Shown here piece by piece: positions 31,193 through 40,565 of a stretch of DNA of 64,000 bases. Under the pieces are notes generated by a model. The model was given only the letters and a program-made list of their open reading frames with translations. It had not been told where the DNA came from and made no database searches. Position numbers and translations under genes: made by a program. Origin of the DNA: an uncultured bacterium (GTDB taxonomy: Bacteria; Krumholzibacteriota; Krumholzibacteriia; Krumholzibacteriales; Krumholzibacteriaceae); contig CBDUYR010000005.1 in NCBI GenBank assembly GCA_965371515.1, positions 18,591 through 82,590 of the forward strand. The letters run 5' to 3'. Each line of letters begins with the position of its first letter. The first letter of the stretch is position 1.

Positions 31193-31293
31193 CTTATACC
31201 ACCATTCGGTGCAGTCGTCAACACTAATCCTCGATATTTGACATGACCTGTGGCTGCAGGAAACAATATATCACGGAAGTCCGGACATTGCAA
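31193..31293 (-). promoter_or_regulatory. Tandem sigma70 promoters upstream of the zinc-finger genes
   Basis: TTGACG-N17-TATAAG (31193-31221) and TTGCAA-N17-TATATT (31265-31293), both with extended TG. Confidence 0.6.
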
Positions 31294-31400
31294 GTGTGTG
31301 GCCGTAACTTATTGTATTATTTAATATTATGGTGCCTATGGGCAGTCCGTCCTGTCGGCATATCGAAGATTCTCCGGAGATTCGCCGCTGCCGCGGAAGG

Positions 31401-33773
31401 TCAGCGGATAATAACAATCTTCTGAACCTGTTCCTTCGGGCCGGCCTTGACCTTCATGAAGTAGACGCCCGTCACGACCTGCTTGCCGCGGTCGTCAAGA
31501 CCGTCCCAGGTAAGCGTGATGATCTGCCCGCCGAAGACACCCAGCTCGTACAGATGCCTCACATGCCGGCCCGCCACGTCGTAGATGTTGACGAGGATCT
31601 CGGTCTTCGTTTCGGCCGTCGGAGCTCGAAGCATATCTCTCGAGTCTCCGGTTCCCGAAGGATCGAAATAACTTCTCGGCACGTCTATGCTGAAGGTACT
31701 CCCCCTGTCGTCGGTGGGATTGGGGATGATCGAAGAGACGAAGTTTCCCGCGAGCGGTACGATCGCCGTCTCGGCCATCTCTTTCGACTCGTAGTGCAGC
31801 GTCGTCGGTTCGCTGTTGATAACGACGTTGATCTCCCCGACGACCTGGTAACTGTACTTGTGCCCGGGCATGACTGTGTCGTCAATGTAACGGTAGCGCC
31901 TGTATTCGTCGTTATAGCTGTATGTGCTGTCGCCATGGACAGTTCCAACCAGTTCCCTCGACGACCTGTCGGTCAGGTCCAGCCGGTACACATCGAATCC
32001 TGCACCGAATATCTCACTGGCCGTCTTCCATCTGACCTCGATACTGCCGGGCTCCGCTATCGCCATTGCTTCGTAATATCGAATGCCGACGAAATAGACC
32101 ATGACGCTTGTGGTGTCGCTCAATTCCACGAGGTTCTCGGCAGCGAAGCGGATCCGGTTCTCGCCCGGGTCAAGTCCTTCCTGAAGGATGATGCCCGCAC
32201 TGAAGCTCGAAGCTCCTGTAAATCTGCCTGGAGCCTCCTTGAAGAATCCGTCGTTTATCGCTATCTGGAAGCTCACGATCTCGGGCGCGTAATCGATTCG
32301 CCGGTATTCCTCTATTCTCGTGTTCTGGTTCGGCACTGGTGTCTGTTCGACGTCGACCCAGATGAGTATGTCCCCGTAGAATGTCGTGTCGGATTTGGGA
32401 GTGTATGCCTCGATAACGGGCATCACTTCGTAGAGATCCGGAATCGAATTCGGAACACTCTCGCCCGTGAAAATATTGTATTCGTCGGCCAGCCCGACCT
32501 GACCCATCGTCCACGGACAGATCGGCAGCGGCTCATTTAACAGCGCATCGTTCATGATGCAGGGCCACCCCGCGCCGCAGTACCTATGGTACGAATTAGC
32601 ATTGATGTAGTTGAGGTATCCGGATCTGGCGATACACGAAATCTCGGCGCTGGCGGCTTCGTCGAGCGCCCAGAAGACATGGCTCATCTCGCGGATGAAC
32701 ACGTGCGCGAAATTGAGGCCGCCCCCTAACCCGCACGCGGGATAAGGAACAACCATGTACGGTCCCCCGAGAAAGATCGTATACCCGACGTATTCGCCGC
32801 CAAACCCCCGCCAGCATTCGTTCACGCTCGCATCGGCTACAAAGGCGGTGAATACCCAGTCGTAGAGGAGAAGGCCGTCATCGCCGAGATCTCTTGCTCT
32901 CATCGCATTATTGAAATAATGTGTCATTTCGGATGCCGGAGCGTCACTCGGGATCTCTATATCGTAGCTCTCCGCCAGGTAGGTGATCGCCTCCGAGATC
33001 CAGATCGGATCAGTGTTCCAGTCGCCCTCGATAGGCTCCCGCGATACCGGCACACGGCGATGCAGAGAGGGACAATTCACTTCGAACGCCAGCGGCACCC
33101 AACGGGCTTCGTTCTGGTACTGGGAAAGTCCGAGATAGACGTCGCGTACTGCATTGCCGATCTCGTCATCCGTCCAGTTCTCGCTCTGCACGCCGCCCGA
33201 GCTCTCTGGAAAGATGAGATTGATGAGGACATTGCCGATGAGAAACTCTGAGTTCTGATCCATCGCCCTGTCAGCTATCTGAGCGGGTGCTCCTTCTCTC
33301 GGGTCAACAGATTTCGATACGGTCCTCTCGACGATATCGTGCGGCTTCTCTAAAACGAGGTCGACAAACGATTCCTTCGTGATCGGCCTCGCCATACTGA
33401 GGATCTTCTCCTGATCGAGCAGTCCCCTCGCCACCTTGAGAGTGACAAGGTCGACCTCCATCGGATCGATCTCCGTCGGGTCGGTGACAAACCGGATGTC
33501 GAGTTCCCCGAAGTCGGCTTCGCCGGCGCCTGCGGGGAACCTTCCGAATATCATCGTCGGGGGCAGACCGAGCAGGCCCTTCGCTCCCGCCTTCTCGGCG
33601 ATCTCCATCGCCCTCCTGAACGAACCGTTGTCGCCGTTCCTTATGAGTACGACGGCCTGCCTGAGGCCGTATTCGGTCTCGAAGTTGTCCGCAGATGACC
33701 TTGCCGGGAATATGATTAAAACGGTGAGAAAACAGATGACGGTTATTGCGATCCTCTTCACTTTCCACCTCAC
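31401..33773 (-). CDS. Exported zincin-like protein with FlgD-Ig/T9SS-CTD-like tail
   Basis: Signal peptide; FIREMSHVFWALDE (HExxH-like) and CIMN Met-turn; tail IPNP...IYDVAGRHVR.L...WDG.DD.G..V.TGVYF...KIVIIR. Confidence 0.75.
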   Translation of the reverse strand: MRWKVKRIAITVICFLTVLIIFPARSSADNFETEYGLRQAVVLIRNGDNGSFRRAMEIAEKAGAKGLLGLPPTMIFGRFPAGAGEADFGELDIRFVTDPTEIDPMEVDLVTLKVARGLLDQEKILSMARPITKESFVDLVLEKPHDIVERTVSKSVDPREGAPAQIADRAMDQNSEFLIGNVLINLIFPESSGGVQSENWTDDEIGNAVRDVYLGLSQYQNEARWVPLAFEVNCPSLHRRVPVSREPIEGDWNTDPIWISEAITYLAESYDIEIPSDAPASEMTHYFNNAMRARDLGDDGLLLYDWVFTAFVADASVNECWRGFGGEYVGYTIFLGGPYMVVPYPACGLGGGLNFAHVFIREMSHVFWALDEAASAEISCIARSGYLNYINANSYHRYCGAGWPCIMNDALLNEPLPICPWTMGQVGLADEYNIFTGESVPNSIPDLYEVMPVIEAYTPKSDTTFYGDILIWVDVEQTPVPNQNTRIEEYRRIDYAPEIVSFQIAINDGFFKEAPGRFTGASSFSAGIILQEGLDPGENRIRFAAENLVELSDTTSVMVYFVGIRYYEAMAIAEPGSIEVRWKTASEIFGAGFDVYRLDLTDRSSRELVGTVHGDSTYSYNDEYRRYRYIDDTVMPGHKYSYQVVGEINVVINSEPTTLHYESKEMAETAIVPLAGNFVSSIIPNPTDDRGSTFSIDVPRSYFDPSGTGDSRDMLRAPTAETKTEILVNIYDVAGRHVRHLYELGVFGGQIITLTWDGLDDRGKQVVTGVYFMKVKAGPKEQVQKIVIIR

Positions 33774-33884
33774 TTATGGATAATCATTGTTACCGGCTAA
33801 AAATAAGATGCGGGACGGGTACAATCAAACTAAAATGCTGGATTCCGTCAGAGTCATCCGGGAGACTGTTTGACGGTTACGATG

Positions 33885-34649
33885 TCAGTTTTCCGCTTCT
33901 CTTCCGGGTGTAGAATAATCTATGAGAACCGATTCGGTCACAGTCACCTTGGGCCTGGTCTCGCGCGGGTTCCTGCCTCCCGGATAACTCGTCTTAGATG
34001 TCCGTTCCACGCGGCTTCTTACGAGGCCCCAGAAAGGCACCTCGGAGGAGATCCTCAGGATGCTCCTCTCCTCCTCAAACCGCTCCGCCGTGATCCCTCC
34101 CATCGCCACGTCGCGCCTGTCGCTCCTGAAATACTCGAAGACATCGCACCGGAAAGTCCCGGCCGGCACCTCCACGCTCTCCGCTTCGTGCTCCTGCCTC
34201 TGCAGCCCCTCGCTTCTCTTGAGGAAAAGCCTGCCGATTTCGAAATCCTCGAGTTCCTCTAAGGACGGCTCCCTGAAAGGCTCGGTGCCGTCCCTGACCA
34301 GGATATCGCCGATGCAGGCGTAGAACTCCTCGGGGGTCTTCATCTCTTCCGCTCCGGCGCACAGGGTGAGACGAACTGTAATCGTCTCCGCGGCGATCGG
34401 AGGCCAGGTGGTAGAGGTTATCTCGAGGCCGGCCCCGCCGGAGCCCTTTCCCGTCACTTCGAGCGTGACGAGCGAGCTGTCCCTGATGCCGTGGGCTTCC
34501 GATATGATAAGATACGATACCGATGTCCCCGCAGTGAAATCGACCGAGTGAAGCGAGACTCCAGGTACGAGAAAGTCGACTTCCGCCGTGGCGGGAGACG
34601 ATGCGACGATCAATGTTCCCAGCGCGAGACAGGCCGATATACGGTTCAT
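33885..34649 (-). CDS. Exported hypothetical protein
   Basis: Signal peptide ending ATA-E; ESVEVPAGTFRC motif; starts 16 nt after the cytochrome gene stop. Confidence 0.7.
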   Translation of the reverse strand: MNRISACLALGTLIVASSPATAEVDFLVPGVSLHSVDFTAGTSVSYLIISEAHGIRDSSLVTLEVTGKGSGGAGLEITSTTWPPIAAETITVRLTLCAGAEEMKTPEEFYACIGDILVRDGTEPFREPSLEELEDFEIGRLFLKRSEGLQRQEHEAESVEVPAGTFRCDVFEYFRSDRRDVAMGGITAERFEEERSILRISSEVPFWGLVRSRVERTSKTSYPGGRNPRETRPKVTVTESVLIDYSTPGREAEN

Positions 34650-34665
34650 GGGATCATCCCCCTCT

Positions 34666-36054
34666 TTATCTGTGAGCCTCGGCAGCGCCGGTGCTGTCGG
34701 CCAGCGCCCTGTGCCCCACTCTCGCCCAGAAGGTCTGAAAATCGAAATGCGGGCTCTGCCTGGCGTTGTGGCATTCCCGGCAGACCTTCCTGGCTCTCTC
34801 CCTGTATTTACCGTTGCGCGTGTGTTTTGTTCCCGGTCCGTGACAGGCCTCGCACTGGACTCCCCTGAGGTTGATGCCGCCCTTCTCATCCGATTCCGGG
34901 TCGTATCCGCTGAACCTGCCGTATCCCGTCGTATGGCACGGAAGGCATCTGGCATTCCTGTCGTTCCCAGATTCTGTGAGCCTCCTGAAGGCGCGGAAGT
35001 GGGGACTGACCATGAAATCCGAGGCGGTGCCGTCGTGGCAGCGTGCGCAGATCTCCATCCCGATATACTTCTCTCTCAGTTTGCCCGTAAGGGGATTGCG
35101 AGAGACAAACTGCGTGACCTGCATCCTCTTCCGCCTCTGTCCCTGCTCGAGATGAAAATCACTGAGCATCGAGGCGACCATCGTATCTATCGGGGCCGAC
35201 TTGGGAAGAGTTACCAGCATCGTGTCGGTCAGCTCCCACCTGCCTTGCACCGGTGTCATCACCGCCCACCCGAGAGCGCGTCCCTTGTCTCCCGAATAGA
35301 GGACGGGGACTCCAAGGTCATGGAACGATCCACCGGTCGTGTCGGCGCAGTCGCTCGAAGCCTTCTCGCCCCGCTCGGTATGCCCGCGGATCACGAGATC
35401 TATCCCCTCTATTTCGAGGAGCAGCGGTTCGAGCATCTCGCGCCTGAAGTGGGCGAGGAGAATAATCATTTCACACCCATCCTCGCGTAACTCTGCGGCC
35501 ACTTCCCTGCCCTCGGCAATCGGATCTCTCAGATCGATACCGGTCTCACCTGCCGGCTCTTCGCCGAGCAACGCAAAGATCCCTATCTTCGTGCCTCCCA
35601 CTTTCTTGATGATGTAAGGTGGGAATATTCTCTCGTCCTCGTAGTAAAGATTTGCGCAGATCACGGGAAGGCCCGTCTGCGCCTCCTCCCTTATCGCCTT
35701 GAGCTCATACGACAGCTCGTTCTCACCGACGGCCACGGCGTCATACCCGGCCAGCACCATCATGTTCGCGAGGAACCGGCTCCTGTACATCTCCAGGATG
35801 CCCTTCCGGGCATAGAAATCGCCGGCGGAGAGGAGCAGCAGGCCGGGGGACTCCGCTCTCATCCGCTTGAACTCTGCGGCCCGCCGGGCCACACCGCCTG
35901 AGGCGGCCTCGCCTCACCCGGCCGGGACGAGGTGCCCCTGAGTGTCGCCGGTGAATACTATAGTCACCGATTCTTCAGTGGAGCATCCCGCCGCGAGGGC
36001 GAAGAAGAGAAGAGCCGGCAGAGCCAGCTTCAATATCAAGGATATCAGCATCAT
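34666..36054 (-). CDS. Selenocysteine-containing lipoprotein: 5'-nucleotidase(UshA)-like domain plus tetraheme cytochrome c (c554-like); UGA at 35914-35916, codon 47
   Basis: Read-through gives MMLISLILKLALPALLFFALAAGC-STEESVTIVFTGDTQGHLVPAG-U-GEAASGGVARRAA; SAGDF, GENEL, LLAH and RGHT motifs; CARCH, CLPCH, CEACH, CRECH. 462 aa. Confidence 0.85.
35875..35893 (-). promoter_or_regulatory. Candidate bacterial SECIS element
   Basis: UGUGGCCC-GGC-GGGCCGCA 8-bp stem, G-first loop 28 nt after the UGA (folded by hand). Confidence 0.55.
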
Positions 36055-36077
36055 GTTTATGATTTTAACGTGTAGAG

Positions 36078-36113
36078 AAAAAGGGGCAAAGCGAAAATAT
36101 TCTCCTTGCCCCT
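36078..36113 (-). terminator. Intrinsic terminator after HU gene
   Basis: AGGGGCAA...TTGCCCCT followed by TTTT on the minus strand. Confidence 0.65.
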
Positions 36114-36131
36114 GTATAATGCAAACCCCTG

Positions 36132-36425
36132 TTACTTGGCTACACGGCCCTTGAGAGACTTGCCAGCCGAAAAGGCGGGGAACTTGGTCGCCGGAATCAT
36201 GATGGTCTCGCCCGTCTGGGGATTGCGGCCCTTGCGTTTCTTGCGCTTGCGGGTCTGGAAGGTGCCGAATCCAGTGATCTGTACTCTTCGCATAGCCGCG
36301 AGCTCTGTCGCGATTATGCCTTCCTTCGGAGCGGTGCTGAAGATCGCGTCGACAACCATGGCCGAATCCTTCTTCGTCATGCCCGTCTTCTTTGCGACCT
36401 TCTCGATGAGATCAGTCTTGTTCAT
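36132..36425 (-). CDS. hup: DNA-binding protein HU
   Basis: [29 protein letters not shown]...[10 protein letters not shown]. Confidence 0.95.
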   Translation of the reverse strand: MNKTDLIEKVAKKTGMTKKDSAMVVDAIFSTAPKEGIIATELAAMRRVQITGFGTFQTRKRKKRKGRNPQTGETIMIPATKFPAFSAGKSLKGRVAK

Positions 36426-36465
36426 TTCGTATCACCTCCTTCGTTTTCGTAATTGGACTGGCGCC

Positions 36466-36494
36466 AGATTAGCGCGGCCTTATGGGGTTGTCAA
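36466..36494 (-). promoter_or_regulatory. Sigma70 promoter of hup
   Basis: TTGACA-N17-TAATCT. Confidence 0.6.
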
Positions 36495-36599
36495 GACTTT
36501 TATGTCTGTTTTTCCCGTTCTCATCACTATTTTCAGGTGTGCGCCGCCTGTAGACCGCAACAGTACAGGGAAAATACATACCGGCCCAAACAAGATTCA

Positions 36600-39500
36600 T
36601 CAGTTGAGGAATCCCGGCACCGTCCCGCCAAGCCCCCGCTTTCCCTGCTCGTACTTGAGGTCGCGGTGGGCCTTGATCTGTATCTGGAAGTAGTATGAGT
36701 AATCGTCGCCGAACCTGCGGTGCACGAATCCCGCCTGCCAGCAGTGGAGGTCTCTTGTGATGCTGTACTGTTGCGACGTAAACTCGCGCCGCTGGATATC
36801 GAAATAAGAACTGAATGTTATCTTCCAGTTATTCGTCAGGTTGAGGTTGCCCCTCATGTCGACCTTGCTCGTCGGGCGGGACATGCTCGAACCGCCAAAA
36901 CCCGAATAGCTGTACCCGAGATTCAATGACCAGCTCGTACCTCGTCCCGGAGCGCCGGGCCGCCTCGAGCTGCCGGGCTGTTCGGTCTCCCATTCTTCCT
37001 CATCGAAGTCGGAGACGAAACCGTCGTACGTGTCGAGCTCGTCGACCTCCTCGTCCTCCGGCTCCTCCTCCCGTACAGAGCCGAGCTCTTTCGCCACTCT
37101 GATCTTCTCTCGCTCAGGCAAGTCCCACTTTCCCAGCCAGGAGAATCCGCCGCCGAAGCTCATGTTAGTCGAGAAATTCGTCGAGAGGATCTCCCATTCG
37201 TAAGGATCGATCGTGTGATTCAGCGATATCGAGGCAAGCCTGCCGACCGAGGTCCTGATACTCGACCGGATGTTCGAGAACTGCCTTTCGGACACGTCGG
37301 GGTTGAAGGAACCGTTCATGTTCCACGTGAAGGCGTTGTTCTTTTTCGACTCCTGGCCGTTCTTGAGGTATTTCAGGTCGATCACGTTCCTCAGCGACCA
37401 GCTGTACCCCTGCGACTCCCGCTGATTCGACGTCAGCGCCGGGACGTACGACCAGGAGATCGACGGGTTGAACGTGTGACGGATCCCGACGAGAGAGCCT
37501 ATGTTCGGATAGAAGACGCCATACAGCGTGGTTCCGACGCCGAGGGAGAAGCGCATCGACACCTCGTTCTTGTACTTTTCGTCCGGTGTCGGGCCCGACA
37601 AGTCCGTGCCGTATACAGGCATCCCCGGCGTGATCCCGATAGCCGGATAGATTCCATTCACGATATCGATGAACTCCAGCGAGGATTCCGAACCCTCCAG
37701 GTTGGAGGTGAACCTGAAATTTCCCGTGTCGTCCCCGTTGTCGAGCCAGTCGACGGTCACATGGTCCGATCCCCAGCCGGACCAGGAGTTGATCGAACTC
37801 TCGATCTCGAAAGCGAGCAAGGTACCGGTATTGTATACGCCCTCGGTTATCGTGATGTCGCCGCTCTCCAGGCCGTTGAGGATGATCCTCAGGAGGCTGT
37901 TCGAGGGATCGACCGTTATCGGCACCGAAACGGTGTCACCCGTCATGACGGCCGGCCGGGGCGGCAGAATGTACTTGGGATTTATCTGGTCCTTCAGTGT
38001 GTTGGCGTATCTCCAGTTCAGTCCCACCGACGGCGCGATGTTGATGCCTATTACTTTATTCTGTTTGCTGAACGACATACCCGAACTCGCTGTTATATCT
38101 TCCCTTCTTCTCGCGTCACTCTGCGACGTAGTCCGTGTCGCTTTGAGATTGGGCGCCCAGGTGACTTCGCGGAGGACCCCCTCCCATACGCCCTTTTCCG
38201 AGCCCGAGTGCTTCTCGCCGAACCACAGCGACATCCTCGGCAGATTGATTGACAGGGATGGAAAAGTGCCCGAGATGCTCACCTCGTTCGGGTTATCGGA
38301 GCTGACGTTGAGTTTCTGGTTCCTGCTCGCCGAGAGACCGAGCCGCGTGCCGCCCCAGTTCTTGTTGAAACTGACGGTCGAGTATATCCGTCTGTCCACC
38401 ACGCGGGCGACATCATCGGCGCGGTAGACCGAAGAGGGCGCCTCGTCACTGCTTACAAAGCTGAGGTTGCTGCGAAGCGATGCGGTTTTGCCGAACGTCT
38501 GGTTGTGACTCGACTTGAACGTCCACTCGTACGATTTCCTGTTGAAGTCCCTGAAGAAGTCGAGGTTAACGTTTCCGCCGAGCACGTATCTGACCTTGTA
38601 CCTGTTGGTCAGGTGTACGCGGAAGTTATTGTTCTCGTTAAAATCGGTCGTCAGTATGAAATCGGTATAGTCGTTCGTCGCCCAGTAGTACCCGATCCCC
38701 CTGATGAAACGGCCGTCTCGGCTGTTGAGGCCGATGTCGAAGTTAGGGCGGAGCAATCCCGATTGGCGGCCGCGGCGTATTGAGTTGACCATGTATGGAA
38801 GCCAGAAGCAGGGGATCTCGCCGAGGTAGAGAGTTATCGGGCCGGATACGATCTTGTCGTCGATATAAACCTTCATCCTGCCGGCACGCATCGAGTAGTG
38901 TGCTTTCCTGTAGTCGCATGTGGTGTAGGTCGACCCGTAGACCTTTAGCACGTCGTCGCCCTGCTTGAAGATCCTCTTGCCGAGATAATACCCCTGATCG
39001 TACTCGGTCGATCCGTCCATCACAAGGCCCCCCTCGGTCTCCATATCGTACCCCATCCCGTATCCGTACATCATCTGCCCGTTCTCGTCGAGCGCCGGCT
39101 CGCCGTGAGCGTCGAGGATGTTGAGCCTCGAGCTGAAGTTTATGAATTCGGCGGTAAGGATCTTGTTCTGATAGTTCACTTTCGCGCCGTCGTACATGAC
39201 GAAGTCCTCGGTCGTGGCAAAGTACTCGATCTCGTTCGCCTCATAAGTGATCTTCTCGGCGTCCCTGCCGAACTCCCTGAATACGATCGAACTGTCGACT
39301 ATCGCGGCGAGCGAGTCGATCGACTCTCCCGCGCCGAGTGTGAGATAGTTGTACGTACCCGAGGCGTTGCCGGTAATCTTCACGTATCTCAGGTCCGGCC
39401 CGTCGAACCTGAAGAACATCGTGTCGCCCCTCGAGTAGTTGTTCGAGATCTTGTTTTCGGTCCCCTCGAAGGGATAGTACATCGCCATCGCATTGCCGAA

Positions 39501-40529
39501 GATCTGAACCGAGTCCACTTCATCGTTCGACATGTGTATCACGATCGAGTCGCCCTCGATCCACGAGTCCTCGATCCACTGGGATTCGAGTCTGGGAGTT
39601 TCGGTCAGACGGCCCTTCTCGGGGAGCACGATCCTTTCCACGCCCTCATCGATGTAGTAGAGAAGCACCCTCTCCCCGGACATGCCTGACGGGCCGCTGC
39701 TCGCGATCGGGTTGCCGAAGAGCTCCATGTACCCCTTGTCGTTGAAAATCGCCGCCGAATCACATTGCGCCCTCGTGCGCCCCTTGAGCATGTTGACGTT
39801 TCCTACTGCCGTACCGACGTCCTTCTCCATGTCGTAGCTCATCCACTCGCTCGTCACCCGCCCCTCCTCCTCGGCATGATCGTCGAAGACGAGGACCGGG
39901 CGTTCGTACATGATCGCCTCGCCGGTGAGACGGTGAAACCGCCCGCGCGAACCAGAGATGGAAAAATCCTCCGCTGTGTCTATTATGACTACATCCCTCC
40001 ACGCGTCTGCGATCTCGGTCGACCTGTCGTAGAAAATCGAGTCTGCGTACATTACCCTTGTACTGTCTGAAAGGCGGACGTTGCCGGTCAGGACAAGCGT
40101 CCCTTCATCCCTGTCGTACTCGGCTCTCCGGCAGGTGACTTCGAGCCCCTCGTCGATCAGCCTCACGTTATCTATCATTACAAGGACGTTCTTCTCGCCG
40201 TAATACTCGCCGAGGTCACTGAACATCCGCATCGATCCGTCGATTCCACGGACGTCCCCCACGAGTATCGTGCGCTTGAGATCGGGATAGTGACGCCCCC
40301 GCTCGCTTGTCACGGTGGCGGTCTGGTGGTCGATTCGTACATCGCCCTCCATGTGCCAGACCTGGAGCCCGTCCTCGACCCTCGACTTGAACGTGTTGAA
40401 CCTGATCCGGTAGAGAGACGTGTCGCCCGGCGATGCGGTGTTCTGCTGTGAACGGGCCGTGGGCGGCGCACCTCCGACCGCGAAGAGTATCGCGGCGATC
40501 GTCGACGTTATTGCGAGGACCCTTTTCAA
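36600..40529 (-). CDS. lptD: Large LPS-assembly protein LptD with extended OstA-like beta-jellyroll N-terminus
   Basis: Repeated OstA-like strands; YTTCD...HY, RQSGLLRP, GYYWA, RHTFNPS and ITRDLHCW motifs. Confidence 0.88.
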   Translation of the reverse strand: MKRVLAITSTIAAILFAVGGAPPTARSQQNTASPGDTSLYRIRFNTFKSRVEDGLQVWHMEGDVRIDHQTATVTSERGRHYPDLKRTILVGDVRGIDGSMRMFSDLGEYYGEKNVLVMIDNVRLIDEGLEVTCRRAEYDRDEGTLVLTGNVRLSDSTRVMYADSIFYDRSTEIADAWRDVVIIDTAEDFSISGSRGRFHRLTGEAIMYERPVLVFDDHAEEEGRVTSEWMSYDMEKDVGTAVGNVNMLKGRTRAQCDSAAIFNDKGYMELFGNPIASSGPSGMSGERVLLYYIDEGVERIVLPEKGRLTETPRLESQWIEDSWIEGDSIVIHMSNDEVDSVQIFGNAMAMYYPFEGTENKISNNYSRGDTMFFRFDGPDLRYVKITGNASGTYNYLTLGAGESIDSLAAIVDSSIVFREFGRDAEKITYEANEIEYFATTEDFVMYDGAKVNYQNKILTAEFINFSSRLNILDAHGEPALDENGQMMYGYGMGYDMETEGGLVMDGSTEYDQGYYLGKRIFKQGDDVLKVYGSTYTTCDYRKAHYSMRAGRMKVYIDDKIVSGPITLYLGEIPCFWLPYMVNSIRRGRQSGLLRPNFDIGLNSRDGRFIRGIGYYWATNDYTDFILTTDFNENNNFRVHLTNRYKVRYVLGGNVNLDFFRDFNRKSYEWTFKSSHNQTFGKTASLRSNLSFVSSDEAPSSVYRADDVARVVDRRIYSTVSFNKNWGGTRLGLSASRNQKLNVSSDNPNEVSISGTFPSLSINLPRMSLWFGEKHSGSEKGVWEGVLREVTWAPNLKATRTTSQSDARRREDITASSGMSFSKQNKVIGINIAPSVGLNWRYANTLKDQINPKYILPPRPAVMTGDTVSVPITVDPSNSLLRIILNGLESGDITITEGVYNTGTLLAFEIESSINSWSGWGSDHVTVDWLDNGDDTGNFRFTSNLEGSESSLEFIDIVNGIYPAIGITPGMPVYGTDLSGPTPDEKYKNEVSMRFSLGVGTTLYGVFYPNIGSLVGIRHTFNPSISWSYVPALTSNQRESQGYSWSLRNVIDLKYLKNGQESKKNNAFTWNMNGSFNPDVSERQFSNIRSSIRTSVGRLASISLNHTIDPYEWEILSTNFSTNMSFGGGFSWLGKWDLPEREKIRVAKELGSVREEEPEDEEVDELDTYDGFVSDFDEEEWETEQPGSSRRPGAPGRGTSWSLNLGYSYSGFGGSSMSRPTSKVDMRGNLNLTNNWKITFSSYFDIQRREFTSQQYSITRDLHCWQAGFVHRRFGDDYSYYFQIQIKAHRDLKYEQGKRGLGGTVPGFLN

Positions 40530-40565
40530 TCGACTCTTTCCTTCAGTCTGCAGCGCCGGCTTGTC

